A model generated the notes under the pieces. It saw only the letters and a program-made list of their open reading frames with translations, had not been told where the DNA came from and searched no databases. DNA of 32,000 nt from NCBI RefSeq assembly GCF_042660085.1, contig NZ_JBHSTI010000001.1:2591-34590 (forward strand), in the 5' to 3' direction. Numbering within the stretch: position 1 is the first letter of the stretch; every line of letters starts with the position of its first letter. Below are positions 8,189 through 16,557 of the stretch, one piece after another. The DNA is from Longivirga aurantiaca. Lineage in GTDB: Bacteria; Actinomycetota; Actinomycetes; S36-B12; CAIYMF01. The position numbers and the translations under genes were made by a program.

Positions 8189-8205
8189 GCGGGACGCCGT
8201 CCCGC
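8189..8205. repeat. 17-nt palindrome GCGGGAC-gcc-GTCCCGC sharing the GGGACGCCGT core
   Basis: This was read directly from the sequence. It lies 16 nt downstream of the first palindrome and about 45 nt upstream of the putative M20 -10 hexamer. Confidence 0.5.
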
Positions 8206-8248
8206 CCTGCGGCACGGGCCCCCGGTGGGTTCCCCCGCCCGCGGCCCC

Positions 8249-8254
8249 TAGCGT
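8249..8254 (+). promoter_or_regulatory. -10-like hexamer TAGCGT, 6 nt upstream of the M20 peptidase ATG (putative leaderless promoter)
   Basis: A TANNNT hexamer ends at 8254, the ATG is at 8261, and there is no SD. Confidence 0.3.
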
Positions 8255-8260
8255 GCTCCC

Positions 8261-9586
8261 ATGGCCCCCACCACCAGCCCGGACGCGCTCGGCGCCGACG
8301 CGGTCGACCTCGCCGTCCGTCTCATCCGCGTCGACTCGACGAACGGGAACGAGACCGCCGCGGCCGAGCTCCTGGCCGAGCACCTCGAGGGGTGCGGCGC
8401 CGAGGTCGAGCTCGTCGCCCGCGACCCGCGCAGGGCCAACCTGGTCGCCCGGCTGCGCGGCACGGGCGCCGGCCCGTCGCTGGCGTTCGTGGGCCACCTC
8501 GACGTGGTCCCGGCCGACGCGCGCGACTGGACCCACCCACCGTTCGCCGGCGTGGTCGACGACGCCGGCGTGCTCTGGGGTCGCGGCGCGGTCGACATGA
8601 AGAACGAGGTGGCCTCCCGCACCGCGGCGTTCGCCTCGCTCGCCCGCTCGGGCTGGCACGGCACGGGCGACCTGCTGCTCGTCATGGTGGCCGACGAGGA
8701 GGACGGCTCGGCCGAGGTCGGCATGAACTGGCTGGTGAAGGAGCGCCCCGACATCGCGACGACGTACGCGCTCAACGAGGGCGGCGGCCTCGCCTTCGAC
8801 CTCGCGGACGGCCGCCGGATCGTCGAGGTCGCCATCGGCGAGAAGGGCACCTGCCCGGTGCTGGTCGAGGCCGTCGGCGAGGCCGGCCACGCCTCGATGC
8901 CCGGCATCGGCGACAACGCCGTCGTGATCCTCGGCGAGATCCTGCGCCGGGTCGGCAGTGGCGTCGGCGAGCCGGTGGAGCACCCCGCCGTACGCCGGAT
9001 GCTCGAGGCCCTGCTCGGCGCCGACGAGGTGGCCCGGCTCGGGCTGGTCGGCTCGGTCGAGGCCGCAGCAGCCCTGCACGAGACGTGGGAGCACGCCATG
9101 CCCGCCCTCGCCGGCACCACGATGGCGCCGACGATGCTGCACGGCTCGGCCGCGCGGAACGTCATGCCGGGCCGCGCCGGGGTGGAGCTCGACTGCCGGA
9201 CCCTGCCAGGCACGACCGACGAGCAGGTGCTCGCCGCAGTCCGCGCCCGCCTCGGCGACGGGGTCGCCTACGAGCTCTCCTTCGCCGAGCCCGCCGTCCA
9301 CGGGAACTCCTCCGCGGCCGAGGGCAGGCTCTGGGACGTCGTCAGCGCCTACGTGAGCGAGCACCTCGGCGGCGTGCCGCTGCCCGTGCTGTGCACGGGC
9401 TTCACCGACTCCGTCTACCTCCGCCGCGAGTTCGGCACCGAGGCGTTCGGGTTCAACACCTACGTCTCGACGCCGACCGTGGTCGTCGAGGAGGGGTTCC
9501 ACAACCGCGACGAGCGGATCCACGTGGACGACATCGCGCTCTCGGCGGCCTTCCACCTCGACGCCGCACGCGCGCTGCTCGGCTGA
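8261..9586 (+). CDS. M20/M25/M40 family metallo-hydrolase (peptidase)
   Basis: A 441-aa protein. The motifs FVGHLDVVPA, GRGAVDMKN and ADEEDGS are the classic M20 metal-binding and catalytic motifs (H-x-D, D-M-K, E-E). Confidence 0.9.
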   Translation: MAPTTSPDALGADAVDLAVRLIRVDSTNGNETAAAELLAEHLEGCGAEVELVARDPRRANLVARLRGTGAGPSLAFVGHLDVVPADARDWTHPPFAGVVDDAGVLWGRGAVDMKNEVASRTAAFASLARSGWHGTGDLLLVMVADEEDGSAEVGMNWLVKERPDIATTYALNEGGGLAFDLADGRRIVEVAIGEKGTCPVLVEAVGEAGHASMPGIGDNAVVILGEILRRVGSGVGEPVEHPAVRRMLEALLGADEVARLGLVGSVEAAAALHETWEHAMPALAGTTMAPTMLHGSAARNVMPGRAGVELDCRTLPGTTDEQVLAAVRARLGDGVAYELSFAEPAVHGNSSAAEGRLWDVVSAYVSEHLGGVPLPVLCTGFTDSVYLRREFGTEAFGFNTYVSTPTVVVEEGFHNRDERIHVDDIALSAAFHLDAARALLG

Positions 9587-9593
9587 GCGGGCG

Positions 9594-10817
9594 TCAGACC
9601 AGCGGGTGCAGGAACAGCCCGCTCGCCAGCTTCGGCTCGAACCACGTCGACTTGGGCGGCATGACCTCGCCCCGGTCGGCGACGGCGAGCAGCTCGTCGG
9701 TCGAGGTCGGGAAGAGCGTGAACCCCACGGCGAACGAGCCCCCTGCCACGAGCCGGTCGATCTCGCCCGCACCCCTGATGCCCCCGACGAACGCGATCCG
9801 CGCATCGGTGCGCGGGTCCGCGATACCGAGGAGCGGTCGCAGCACGAGCTCCTGGAGGACGGAGACGTCGAGGCGCGCGAGGGCGTCGGTCTCGTCCACC
9901 GCACCGGGGCGCGCGATCGCGGTGCGCCACCCGTCCGAGAGCCGGATGCCGAACGAGTGCCGCCCCGACGGGGTGACCGGACCGTCCGCGGGCACGAGGT
10001 CGAAGTGCTCGCCCACAGCCTCGAGGAGAGCGTCCTCGGTGAGGCCGGCGAGGTCGCGCACCACCCGGTTGTAGGCCATCACGTGGACGTCGTCGAGCGG
10101 GAAGACCACGGCAAGGAACGCGTCGTGGGTGCCGGGCTGCCCCACCCGCTGGGCGTGCACCCGCGAGGCGGCGGCGCTGCGGTGGTGCCCGTCGGCGACG
10201 TACAGGTCGCCGGCACCGGCGAAGGCCGAGCGCAGCGCGTCGACCTGCGCGGCGTCCGTGACGACCCACAGCGTGTGGCCGACGCCGTCCCGCGCGACGA
10301 GGTCGACCTGCGGCTCGCGCGCGGTGACCTCGGCGACCACCGCGTCGACGGCGGCCGAGCGCCGCGACAGCAGGAACACCGGCTCGTCCTGGGCGTCGAG
10401 GGCGGCGACGTGCCGCACCCGGTCGTCCTCCTTGTCGGGCCGCGTGTGCTCGTGGGTGCGCACCCGCTGCTCGTCGTAGTCGGCCACGGCGACCGTGGCG
10501 ACCACGCCCGTCTGCACGACATCGCCCATCACCTGCCGGTAGACCGAGTACGTCGGCACCTCGTCGCGGACGAGCACACCGTCGGCCACGAACGCGTCGA
10601 GCGTGCGGCGGCCGAGCGCGTACACCTCGTCGCTGTGCGGGTCGGCGTCGTCCGCGAGGTCGATCTCCGGCCGCGAGACGCGCAGGAACGACATCGGGTC
10701 CCCGGCTGCGTACGCGCGCGCCTCGGCGGTGTCGACCACGTCGTACGGCGGGGAGACCACGCGGGCCTCGAGCCCGGCAGCGGGGCGCAGCGCGCGGAAC
10801 GGGCGGACGTCGACCAT
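9594..10817 (-). CDS. DUF1015 domain-containing protein
   Basis: A 407-aa protein. The N-terminus MVDVRPFRALRP...VVSPPYDVV is the typical DUF1015 signature. Its stop is only 7 nt from the convergent M20 stop. Confidence 0.9.
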   Translation of the reverse strand: MVDVRPFRALRPAAGLEARVVSPPYDVVDTAEARAYAAGDPMSFLRVSRPEIDLADDADPHSDEVYALGRRTLDAFVADGVLVRDEVPTYSVYRQVMGDVVQTGVVATVAVADYDEQRVRTHEHTRPDKEDDRVRHVAALDAQDEPVFLLSRRSAAVDAVVAEVTAREPQVDLVARDGVGHTLWVVTDAAQVDALRSAFAGAGDLYVADGHHRSAAASRVHAQRVGQPGTHDAFLAVVFPLDDVHVMAYNRVVRDLAGLTEDALLEAVGEHFDLVPADGPVTPSGRHSFGIRLSDGWRTAIARPGAVDETDALARLDVSVLQELVLRPLLGIADPRTDARIAFVGGIRGAGEIDRLVAGGSFAVGFTLFPTSTDELLAVADRGEVMPPKSTWFEPKLASGLFLHPLV

Positions 10818-10826
10818 GTGCCGAAC

Positions 10827-11501
10827 CTAGCCGGTGACGACGGCCGGCTGCGCGCCCTGCCGCGACCGCGCGAGCGCCACCCAGCCGACGGTGATGAGCA
10901 CCTGAGCCGCGGCGTAGGTGGCCATGACCAGCACGCCCGATGCGGGGATCGACACGTCCGCCGCGCGGAGGCCGATGAGCAGGTCGGACACGAGGAACAG
11001 CACGCCGCCGACCCCGACGAGGCGGCTTCCTGTCGCCAGCGCGCACGCCGCCATCGCGACGAGGGCCAGCGAGTAGACCGTGATGGGCCAGCGCAGCTCG
11101 CCGAGCAGCGGCCCGAGCGCCACGTTGAGCGCCACCCAGAGCAGGGCCCAGCCGACCACGACCACGGGGCGGTCGCGGAGCCACGCGCCCGCTCCGAGCC
11201 GGAGGAACCCGCGGATGTAGCAGACCTGCATCACGAGGAAGGCGACTATCCCGGCGAGGAACGCGAGGGTGCCGGGCAGCTCGAAGAGGACGTCGCCGAG
11301 CAGGGCGAAGGCGAGCCCGGCCATGAGCAGCCGCGGCGGCCGACGGTCGGTCGCGAGCCACGCCCACACCAGCAGCAGGCCGACGATGAACGGCTTGGTC
11401 GCGGTGGCGACCGGCTCGAGCCCGACGCCGACCGCGACGACGTTGACGGCGCAGACAGCGACGAACGCGGCGAAGACGCCACGGGGCGAAGGCATGCGCA
11501 T
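10827..11501 (-). CDS. Lysoplasmalogenase family (YhhN/TMEM86) membrane protein
   Basis: A ~224-aa polytopic membrane protein (MRMPSPRGVFAAF...LGDVLF...FLVSDLLI...). An alternative ATG at 11495 has a GAGG SD 6 nt upstream. The long upstream extension of the track ORF (to 11849) is Arg-rich and overlaps the DUF1801 gene, so I rejected it. Confidence 0.8.
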   Translation of the reverse strand: MRMPSPRGVFAAFVAVCAVNVVAVGVGLEPVATATKPFIVGLLLVWAWLATDRRPPRLLMAGLAFALLGDVLFELPGTLAFLAGIVAFLVMQVCYIRGFLRLGAGAWLRDRPVVVVGWALLWVALNVALGPLLGELRWPITVYSLALVAMAACALATGSRLVGVGGVLFLVSDLLIGLRAADVSIPASGVLVMATYAAAQVLITVGWVALARSRQGAQPAVVTG

Positions 11502-11542
11502 CCTCGGGTGGGGGTGGGCGGGACGCGCACACCCTACGTCGG

Positions 11543-11995
11543 TCAGACCCTGCGTCGCGCGGCCTTGGCCGCCGCGACGAACGCGTCCGGCGGCGTCCCC
11601 GCGATGACCTCGGCGACGAGGTCGAGGTCGAGGTCCGCAGCCTTCGTGAACCGCACGCAGGACTTGCCCATGTCGAGCCGCTTGGGGCCGTCCCACCGTT
11701 CGCGGAAGACCTCTTCGGAGATGCGTCCGGCCGCGGAGTAGACGGTCATCAGGTAGAGCGAGCAGTAGTTCTTCTGCGCGGCGAGGGCGACGTACGCGAG
11801 GGCATGGCCGTTGTACGTGTCGGGGTACACCTCGAGCGGGACGGCCCACGTGATCATCCCGTAGTCCATGGTCTCGACGTAGCCGTCGGGGAGGTTCGCG
11901 TTGACGAGCTCCCGAACCGCCTCGATCTCGGCGGCGCGGTCGGGAGCGAGCTCCGCGACGTACTGGTCCGGGGTGAGCGCTCCGGACGACACCAT
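11543..11995 (-). CDS. DUF1801 (YdhG-like) domain-containing protein
   Basis: A 150-aa product starting MVSSGALTPDQYV, with a strong GGGAGGGAG SD upstream of the ATG at 11995. The composition and length fit DUF1801. It is the terminal part of track ORF 11543..13033. Confidence 0.75.
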   Translation of the reverse strand: MVSSGALTPDQYVAELAPDRAAEIEAVRELVNANLPDGYVETMDYGMITWAVPLEVYPDTYNGHALAYVALAAQKNYCSLYLMTVYSAAGRISEEVFRERWDGPKRLDMGKSCVRFTKAADLDLDLVAEVIAGTPPDAFVAAAKAARRRV

Positions 11996-12015
11996 GGCGG
12001 TCTCCCTCCCTGCGG

Positions 12016-13446
12016 TCAGATCCCCGACTGCGCGGTGATGCGGCCGTCGGCGATCGCCTGCACGAGCGCAGCGTGGTCCTGACGGTTCTGGTCGGCGTAG
12101 TGGTGGCCGAACTCCACGAGCGCGTCGTCGAGCTTGCGGCTGCTGCCGACGTACGACGCGATCGCGACCCGGTCGCCCGAGCGGGCGTGGGCGCGGGCGA
12201 GCGTCCAGGCGCAGACCTCGCCGTACACCCGCATGCCGATCGGGAGCAGGGTCGAGACGTCGACGCTGCCCTTGCCGTCGCGCAGCTGGCGCACGTAGAA
12301 GTCGCGCGGCTGGCCGTCGATGCCGTGCCCGTGGTACCAGCCGAGGAAGATGTCGGTCGAGGCCTGCATCAGCTGCTGGCCGGCTACCACGCGTCGGCCG
12401 TGCGACTCGAACGTCGAGTGCCCGAGGTACGGCTCGAGCACCGACGCCTGCGCCTCCTTCCACTGCAGGATCAGCGGGTCGGTGCCATCCCTGCCGAGGA
12501 GCAGCACGATCCAGGCCCGGGTGCCGACGCTGCCGACGCCGACGACCTTCCGCGCGAGGTCGACGAAGCGGTACTGCTGCACGAGGTCGCGCCGGTCGTC
12601 GGGCAGCGAGCGGAGGTAGTGGCTGAGGAACCGGTCGGCGACCGACGCGACCCACTCCCAGTCGGTCTCCAGGAGCTCGTCGACGGGGACGATCAGAGGC
12701 GGCTCCGACCGGAAGCGCGGCCCGTCGTCGGTCTGCCTGGTCAGCTTGGCGAAGGCCTGCATGCTGTCGCGCGAGGCGAACTTCGCCGACTGCCGGTTGA
12801 ACGCCTTGACGCGCGCCGGGGCGATCTGGGTCCGCACCGTGTCCAGCAGGGCCTCCACCTCGAGGCGGGAGTACCAGACCGCGAGGTTGCCCTGGGTGGC
12901 GAACGTCGCCATCGCGGTGCGGTACGTGCGGACCGAGTCGCGCACGACCTCCTCGATCTCGTCCTGCGTGTAGCCGTTGTCCTGCCCGGCGATGACGAGC
13001 GAGGCCATCAGCCGCTTGAGGTCCCACTCCCACGGGCCCGGCAGCGTCTCGTCGAAGTCGTTGAGGTCGAACACCAGCCGACGGTCGGGCGAGTTGTAGA
13101 CCCCGAAGTTGAGCAGGTGCGCGTCGCCGCAGAGCTGGGCGTTGATGCCGGACGACGGCGTGCCCGCGAGATCAGCCGCCATGACCGCCGCCGCTCCGCG
13201 GTAGAACGCGAACGGCGAGGACGCCATCCGGCCGTACCGGATCGGCACGAGCTCGGGCACACGCGTCGCCGCCTGCTCCTCGAGGATGCTGAGGGGGTCG
13301 CGGCGGTCGGGTGGCAGCACCAGTGCCGCGTGCGACGAGCGCGGCAGCCGCTTGCGCGCCTCCTTGCCGCGCGCGACCTGCTGCTCGACCGTGCCCCGTC
13401 GACCCGACAGCACGTGGTGCGACTCGTGGTCCTCGACAGCGTTCAT
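12016..13446 (-). CDS. DUF2252 domain-containing protein
   Basis: About 476 aa. PIRYGRMASSPFAFYRGAA and QLCGDAHLLNFG...DLNDFDET are typical DUF2252 motifs. The ATG at 13446 overlaps the stop of the upstream ROK gene in an ATGA junction. An alternative in-frame ATG is at 13461. Confidence 0.85.
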   Translation of the reverse strand: MNAVEDHESHHVLSGRRGTVEQQVARGKEARKRLPRSSHAALVLPPDRRDPLSILEEQAATRVPELVPIRYGRMASSPFAFYRGAAAVMAADLAGTPSSGINAQLCGDAHLLNFGVYNSPDRRLVFDLNDFDETLPGPWEWDLKRLMASLVIAGQDNGYTQDEIEEVVRDSVRTYRTAMATFATQGNLAVWYSRLEVEALLDTVRTQIAPARVKAFNRQSAKFASRDSMQAFAKLTRQTDDGPRFRSEPPLIVPVDELLETDWEWVASVADRFLSHYLRSLPDDRRDLVQQYRFVDLARKVVGVGSVGTRAWIVLLLGRDGTDPLILQWKEAQASVLEPYLGHSTFESHGRRVVAGQQLMQASTDIFLGWYHGHGIDGQPRDFYVRQLRDGKGSVDVSTLLPIGMRVYGEVCAWTLARAHARSGDRVAIASYVGSSRKLDDALVEFGHHYADQNRQDHAALVQAIADGRITAQSGI

Positions 13447-14192
13447 CTCTGCAGCTCCCATGCCCGCACTCCACCGACGATCCCTGCCGTGTTCGGGACG
13501 ATGACGACGTCGTCCCCGAGGACGGCGATGACCTCGGGCGACAGCACGCGCGCATTGCCGCCGCCGACGTACAGCCTGTCCCACACGAAGACCGGACGCA
13601 GCGCATCGACCACACGGCGCACCCGCCGTGACCAGAACGCCGGGCCGAGCCGCTTGCGCTCCTTGTCGCCGATGTAGGTGTCGTACGACTGGCCCCAGCG
13701 GACCGGCGCCTGGGAGAGCTCGAGGTGGGGCGCGAGCCGACCGCCGTCGAAGAGCGCGCAGCCGAGCCCGGTGCCGAGGGTGAGCACCAGCTCGAGGCCC
13801 ACCCCGGTGACGACGCCGGCGCCGTGCACCTCGGCGTCGTTGAGCACGAGAGCGGGCATCCCGAGGCGGGCCGCGAGCGCGGCCTGGGCGTCGAAGCCGT
13901 GCCACTGCTCGACGAGGTCCGGCAGCACCCTGCTGCGCGGACCGCTCTCGGTGACGTAGTGCGGGGTCACGATGACGACGCCGTGGCGGATCATCCCGGG
14001 CAGGCCCACCGTGGCGCGGTCGGCCTTCGGCAGCTCGGTCGCGAGGCCCGCGACGGTGTCCAGGAACCGGTCGATCGACAGCGGGTACGGCGTCGGCACG
14101 CGGACCGGCTTGGCGTGCAGCGTGCCCGCGGGGTCGAGCACGGACGCCTTGATGCCCGTGCCCCCGCAGTCGACGGCGAGCGTCATGGTCAT
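13443..14192 (-). CDS. ROK family protein (polyphosphate glucokinase-like)
   Basis: The protein begins MTMTLAVDCGGTGIK, the ROK/ASKHA phosphate-1 motif. It also has LNDAEVHG and LTLGTGLG motifs. I chose the start at 14192. The track ORF extends to a GTG at 14255. Confidence 0.85.
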   Translation of the reverse strand: MTMTLAVDCGGTGIKASVLDPAGTLHAKPVRVPTPYPLSIDRFLDTVAGLATELPKADRATVGLPGMIRHGVVIVTPHYVTESGPRSRVLPDLVEQWHGFDAQAALAARLGMPALVLNDAEVHGAGVVTGVGLELVLTLGTGLGCALFDGGRLAPHLELSQAPVRWGQSYDTYIGDKERKRLGPAFWSRRVRRVVDALRPVFVWDRLYVGGGNARVLSPEVIAVLGDDVVIVPNTAGIVGGVRAWELQR

Positions 14193-14269
14193 GGGCGGAT
14201 CACGCGGGGCATTCTGCTCCCCCCGGCCGCCTACGGCGGCCAGACCCGACGACACGCCGTACTCGCACT

Positions 14270-14298
14270 AGGACACGTGTTCGATACCTTGCTAGGGT
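14270..14298 (+). promoter_or_regulatory. Putative sigma-70-type promoter for leaderless alkB (-35 AGGACA, 17-nt spacer, -10 TAGGGT)
   Basis: AGGACA lies at 14270-14275 and TAGGGT at 14293-14298. The GTG start at 14305 lies 6 nt after the -10 hexamer. An ACACGTGT palindrome (14273-14280) overlaps the -35. Confidence 0.35.
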
Positions 14299-14304
14299 GC
14301 CGCC

Positions 14305-14934
14305 GTGGCACTCGCGGTCCAGGCCTCCCTGCTCGACCTCGCCGACGACGTGCGCCTCGGGGCGCTCGGCGGCCGGGTCCGCCGCACCCTGCTCGCGCAC
14401 GGCGCCTGGGTCGACCACCGCCCGGGCTGGGTGGAGGGCTCCGACTCCGTGCTCGACACCCTCGTGCGCGACATCCCCTGGCGCAGCGAGCGGCGCCGGA
14501 TGTACGACCGCGTCGTCGACGTCCCGCGCCTCATCAGCTGGTACGACGACGCCCGCGACCTGCCGGTGCCGGTCCTCGTCGACGCACGGGCGGCGCTGTC
14601 GGCGTACTACGCCCCCGAGCTCGGCGAGCCGTTCGTCAGCGCGGGCTGCTGCTTCTACCGCGACGGCCGGGACTCCGTGGCCTGGCACGGCGACACCATC
14701 GGCCGCGGAGCCACCGACGACACCATGGTGGCGATCGTGTCGTTCGGCTCGCCGCGCACGCTGGCGCTGCGTCCGCGCGGCGGCGGGCCGAGCCTCACCT
14801 TCCCGCTCGGCCACGGCGACCTGCTCGTGATGGGCGGGTCGTGCCAGCGCACCTGGGAGCACGCGGTCCCGAAGACCTCGCGCGCGGTCGGGCCGCGCGT
14901 GAGCATCCAGCTCCGACCCGCCGGGGTCGCCTGA
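14305..14934 (+). CDS. alkB: Alpha-ketoglutarate-dependent dioxygenase AlkB
   Basis: A 209-aa protein with a GTG start. It has the Fe(II)/2OG motif WHGD (H-x-D), a distal WEHAVP His, and the terminal RVSIQLR (RxS). The size fits the AlkB/2OG-Fe(II) oxygenase family. Confidence 0.85.
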   Translation: MALAVQASLLDLADDVRLGALGGRVRRTLLAHGAWVDHRPGWVEGSDSVLDTLVRDIPWRSERRRMYDRVVDVPRLISWYDDARDLPVPVLVDARAALSAYYAPELGEPFVSAGCCFYRDGRDSVAWHGDTIGRGATDDTMVAIVSFGSPRTLALRPRGGGPSLTFPLGHGDLLVMGGSCQRTWEHAVPKTSRAVGPRVSIQLRPAGVA

Positions 14935-14954
14935 TCCCCTGTTCGGGCCTCTGG

Positions 14955-14997
14955 CACGGGTCGCGGGCCCGGCCTCCTCGCGGAGACCGGACCCGTG
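14955..14997. terminator. Bidirectional stem-loop between convergent alkB and the MFS gene
   Basis: The outer 8-bp stem is CACGGGTC...GACCCGTG. It encloses an inner CCGGcCTCC/GGAGaCCGG stem. It lies in the 78-nt gap between the stops at 14934 and 15013. Confidence 0.5.
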
Positions 14998-15012
14998 ACC
15001 CGGTGCGGACCG

Positions 15013-16554
15013 TCAGCCCATGTGCACGACGGCGGAGTCGTCGGCGGCCTCCACCGCGTCCTTGCCGATCTTCAGGAACACCGCGGTGATCACCGCAGCC
15101 GCGACCAGGAAGAACCCGCCCCAGAGGAACGCCTGGGTGTAGCCCTCGGTGAGCGCGATCTTGGTCGTGGCGTCGGTCGGCTCGCCGGGGTTGGCCACGA
15201 ACCACGCCGTGGTGGCGGCCACGGCGATCGTGTTCAGCAGGGCCGTGCCGACCGAGCCGCCCACCTGCTGGGTGGTGTTGAGCACCGCCGACGCGACGCC
15301 GGCGTCCTCGCGACCGATGCCGTGCAGCGACGTCGTGGAGATCGGGATGAACACGTGGGCCATGCTCACGCTCATCACGACCATCGCCGGGAACACGTGG
15401 GTCCAGTAGTTGGAGTCGGCCTCGAGGGTCGAGAGCCAGAACAGTCCGATCGAGGCCCCGATGAGGCCGGGGATGATGAGCGGCTTGGGCCCCACGCGCG
15501 GCAGGAGCTGGCTCGCCACGCCCGCGCCCAGGATGATGCCGATGCTGAACGGCAGGAACGCGAAGCCCGCCACCACCGGGGTCATCTCGAGGACGACCTG
15601 CAGGTAGAGGCCGAGGAACAGGAACATCGCGAACATGCCGATGCCGACGACGAGGTTGACGGCGTAGCTGGTGCCGCGGTTGCGGTCGCGCAGGATGCGC
15701 AGCGGCAGCAGCGGGCTCACGGCGCGGCTCTCGATGACGAAGAACGCGACGAGCAGCACGATCGCGGCGCCGAACCAGACGAGGGTCGCGGTGTCGGTCC
15801 AGTGCGCGGTGTCCTGGAAGCCCTGCGGCGCGGCCTTGGTGAAGGCGTACACGAGGGCGACGAGGCCGAGGGTGGCGGTGATGGCGCCGGCGACGTCGTA
15901 GCGCGCGGCACCGGTGGCCTTGCTCTCCTTGACGAAGCGCGAGGCGAGCACGGCCGCCACGATCGCGATCGGCACGTTGACGAACAGGCACCAGCGCCAC
16001 GAGAAGTACTGCGTCAGGACGCCGCCGAGCAGCAGGCCGACCGCGGCGCCACCGCCGGAGATGGCGCCGTAGACGCCGAACGCGCGTGCGCGCTCCTTGG
16101 GCTCGTGGAAGGTGACCGTGAGCAGCGACAGCGCCGCGGGCGCGAGCAGGGCGGCGAACGCGCCCTGGAGGGCGCGGGCGGCGAAGAGCATCTCGGGGCT
16201 GGCCGCGAGGCCACCGAGCGCGGAGGCGAAGGCGAAGCCGATGAGGCCGACGATGAAGATCTTCTTGCGGCCGACGTAGTCGGCGATGCGCCCGCCGAGC
16301 AGCAGCAGACCGCCGAAAGCGAGGGTGTACGCGGTGATGACCCACTGCTGGTCGGCGTCGGCGATGCCGAGGTCGGCCTTCGCTGCCGGCAGCGCGAGAT
16401 TCACGATCGAGGCGTCGAGCACGACCATCAGCGCGCTGATGCCGATGACGAACAGGGCCCGCCAGCGGTTGGGGTCGGGCACGACGTCGTAACCGTGCTC
16501 GTTCACCTCGCCAGAGGTTGCGGTCGAGGCCGCGAGGTCGGGGGTGTTGGACAC
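15013..16554 (-). CDS. MFS transporter, DHA2 (EmrB/QacA, 14-TMS) drug:H+ antiporter family
   Basis: A ~513-aa hydrophobic protein. LMVVLDASIVNLALP and GGRIADYVGRKK are the DHA2 signature motifs. The GTG at 16554 is preceded by a GGAAGG SD with a 7-nt spacer. The upstream part of track ORF 15013..16761 lacks transporter character. Confidence 0.9.
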   Translation of the reverse strand: MSNTPDLAASTATSGEVNEHGYDVVPDPNRWRALFVIGISALMVVLDASIVNLALPAAKADLGIADADQQWVITAYTLAFGGLLLLGGRIADYVGRKKIFIVGLIGFAFASALGGLAASPEMLFAARALQGAFAALLAPAALSLLTVTFHEPKERARAFGVYGAISGGGAAVGLLLGGVLTQYFSWRWCLFVNVPIAIVAAVLASRFVKESKATGAARYDVAGAITATLGLVALVYAFTKAAPQGFQDTAHWTDTATLVWFGAAIVLLVAFFVIESRAVSPLLPLRILRDRNRGTSYAVNLVVGIGMFAMFLFLGLYLQVVLEMTPVVAGFAFLPFSIGIILGAGVASQLLPRVGPKPLIIPGLIGASIGLFWLSTLEADSNYWTHVFPAMVVMSVSMAHVFIPISTTSLHGIGREDAGVASAVLNTTQQVGGSVGTALLNTIAVAATTAWFVANPGEPTDATTKIALTEGYTQAFLWGGFFLVAAAVITAVFLKIGKDAVEAADDSAVVHMG

Positions 16555-16557
16555 GGT

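Noticed and set aside
8126-11741. Long ORFs 8126..9904(-), 8392..10074(+), 9460..11532(-), 9606..11741(+) and 10827..11849(-, upstream part).
   Set aside because: All overlap the M20, DUF1015 and YhhN genes in other frames or strands and translate to Arg/Pro/Gly-rich strings. These are typical shadow ORFs of high-GC DNA.
14273-14280. The CACGTG-core palindromes ACACGTGT (alkB promoter, 14273-14280) and GCACGTGC (~21763, upstream of Hpt) could be a shared operator.
   Set aside because: Only the 6-bp core is shared and the flanks differ. CACGTG is a frequent palindrome in GC-rich DNA, so the evidence for a common regulator is insufficient.
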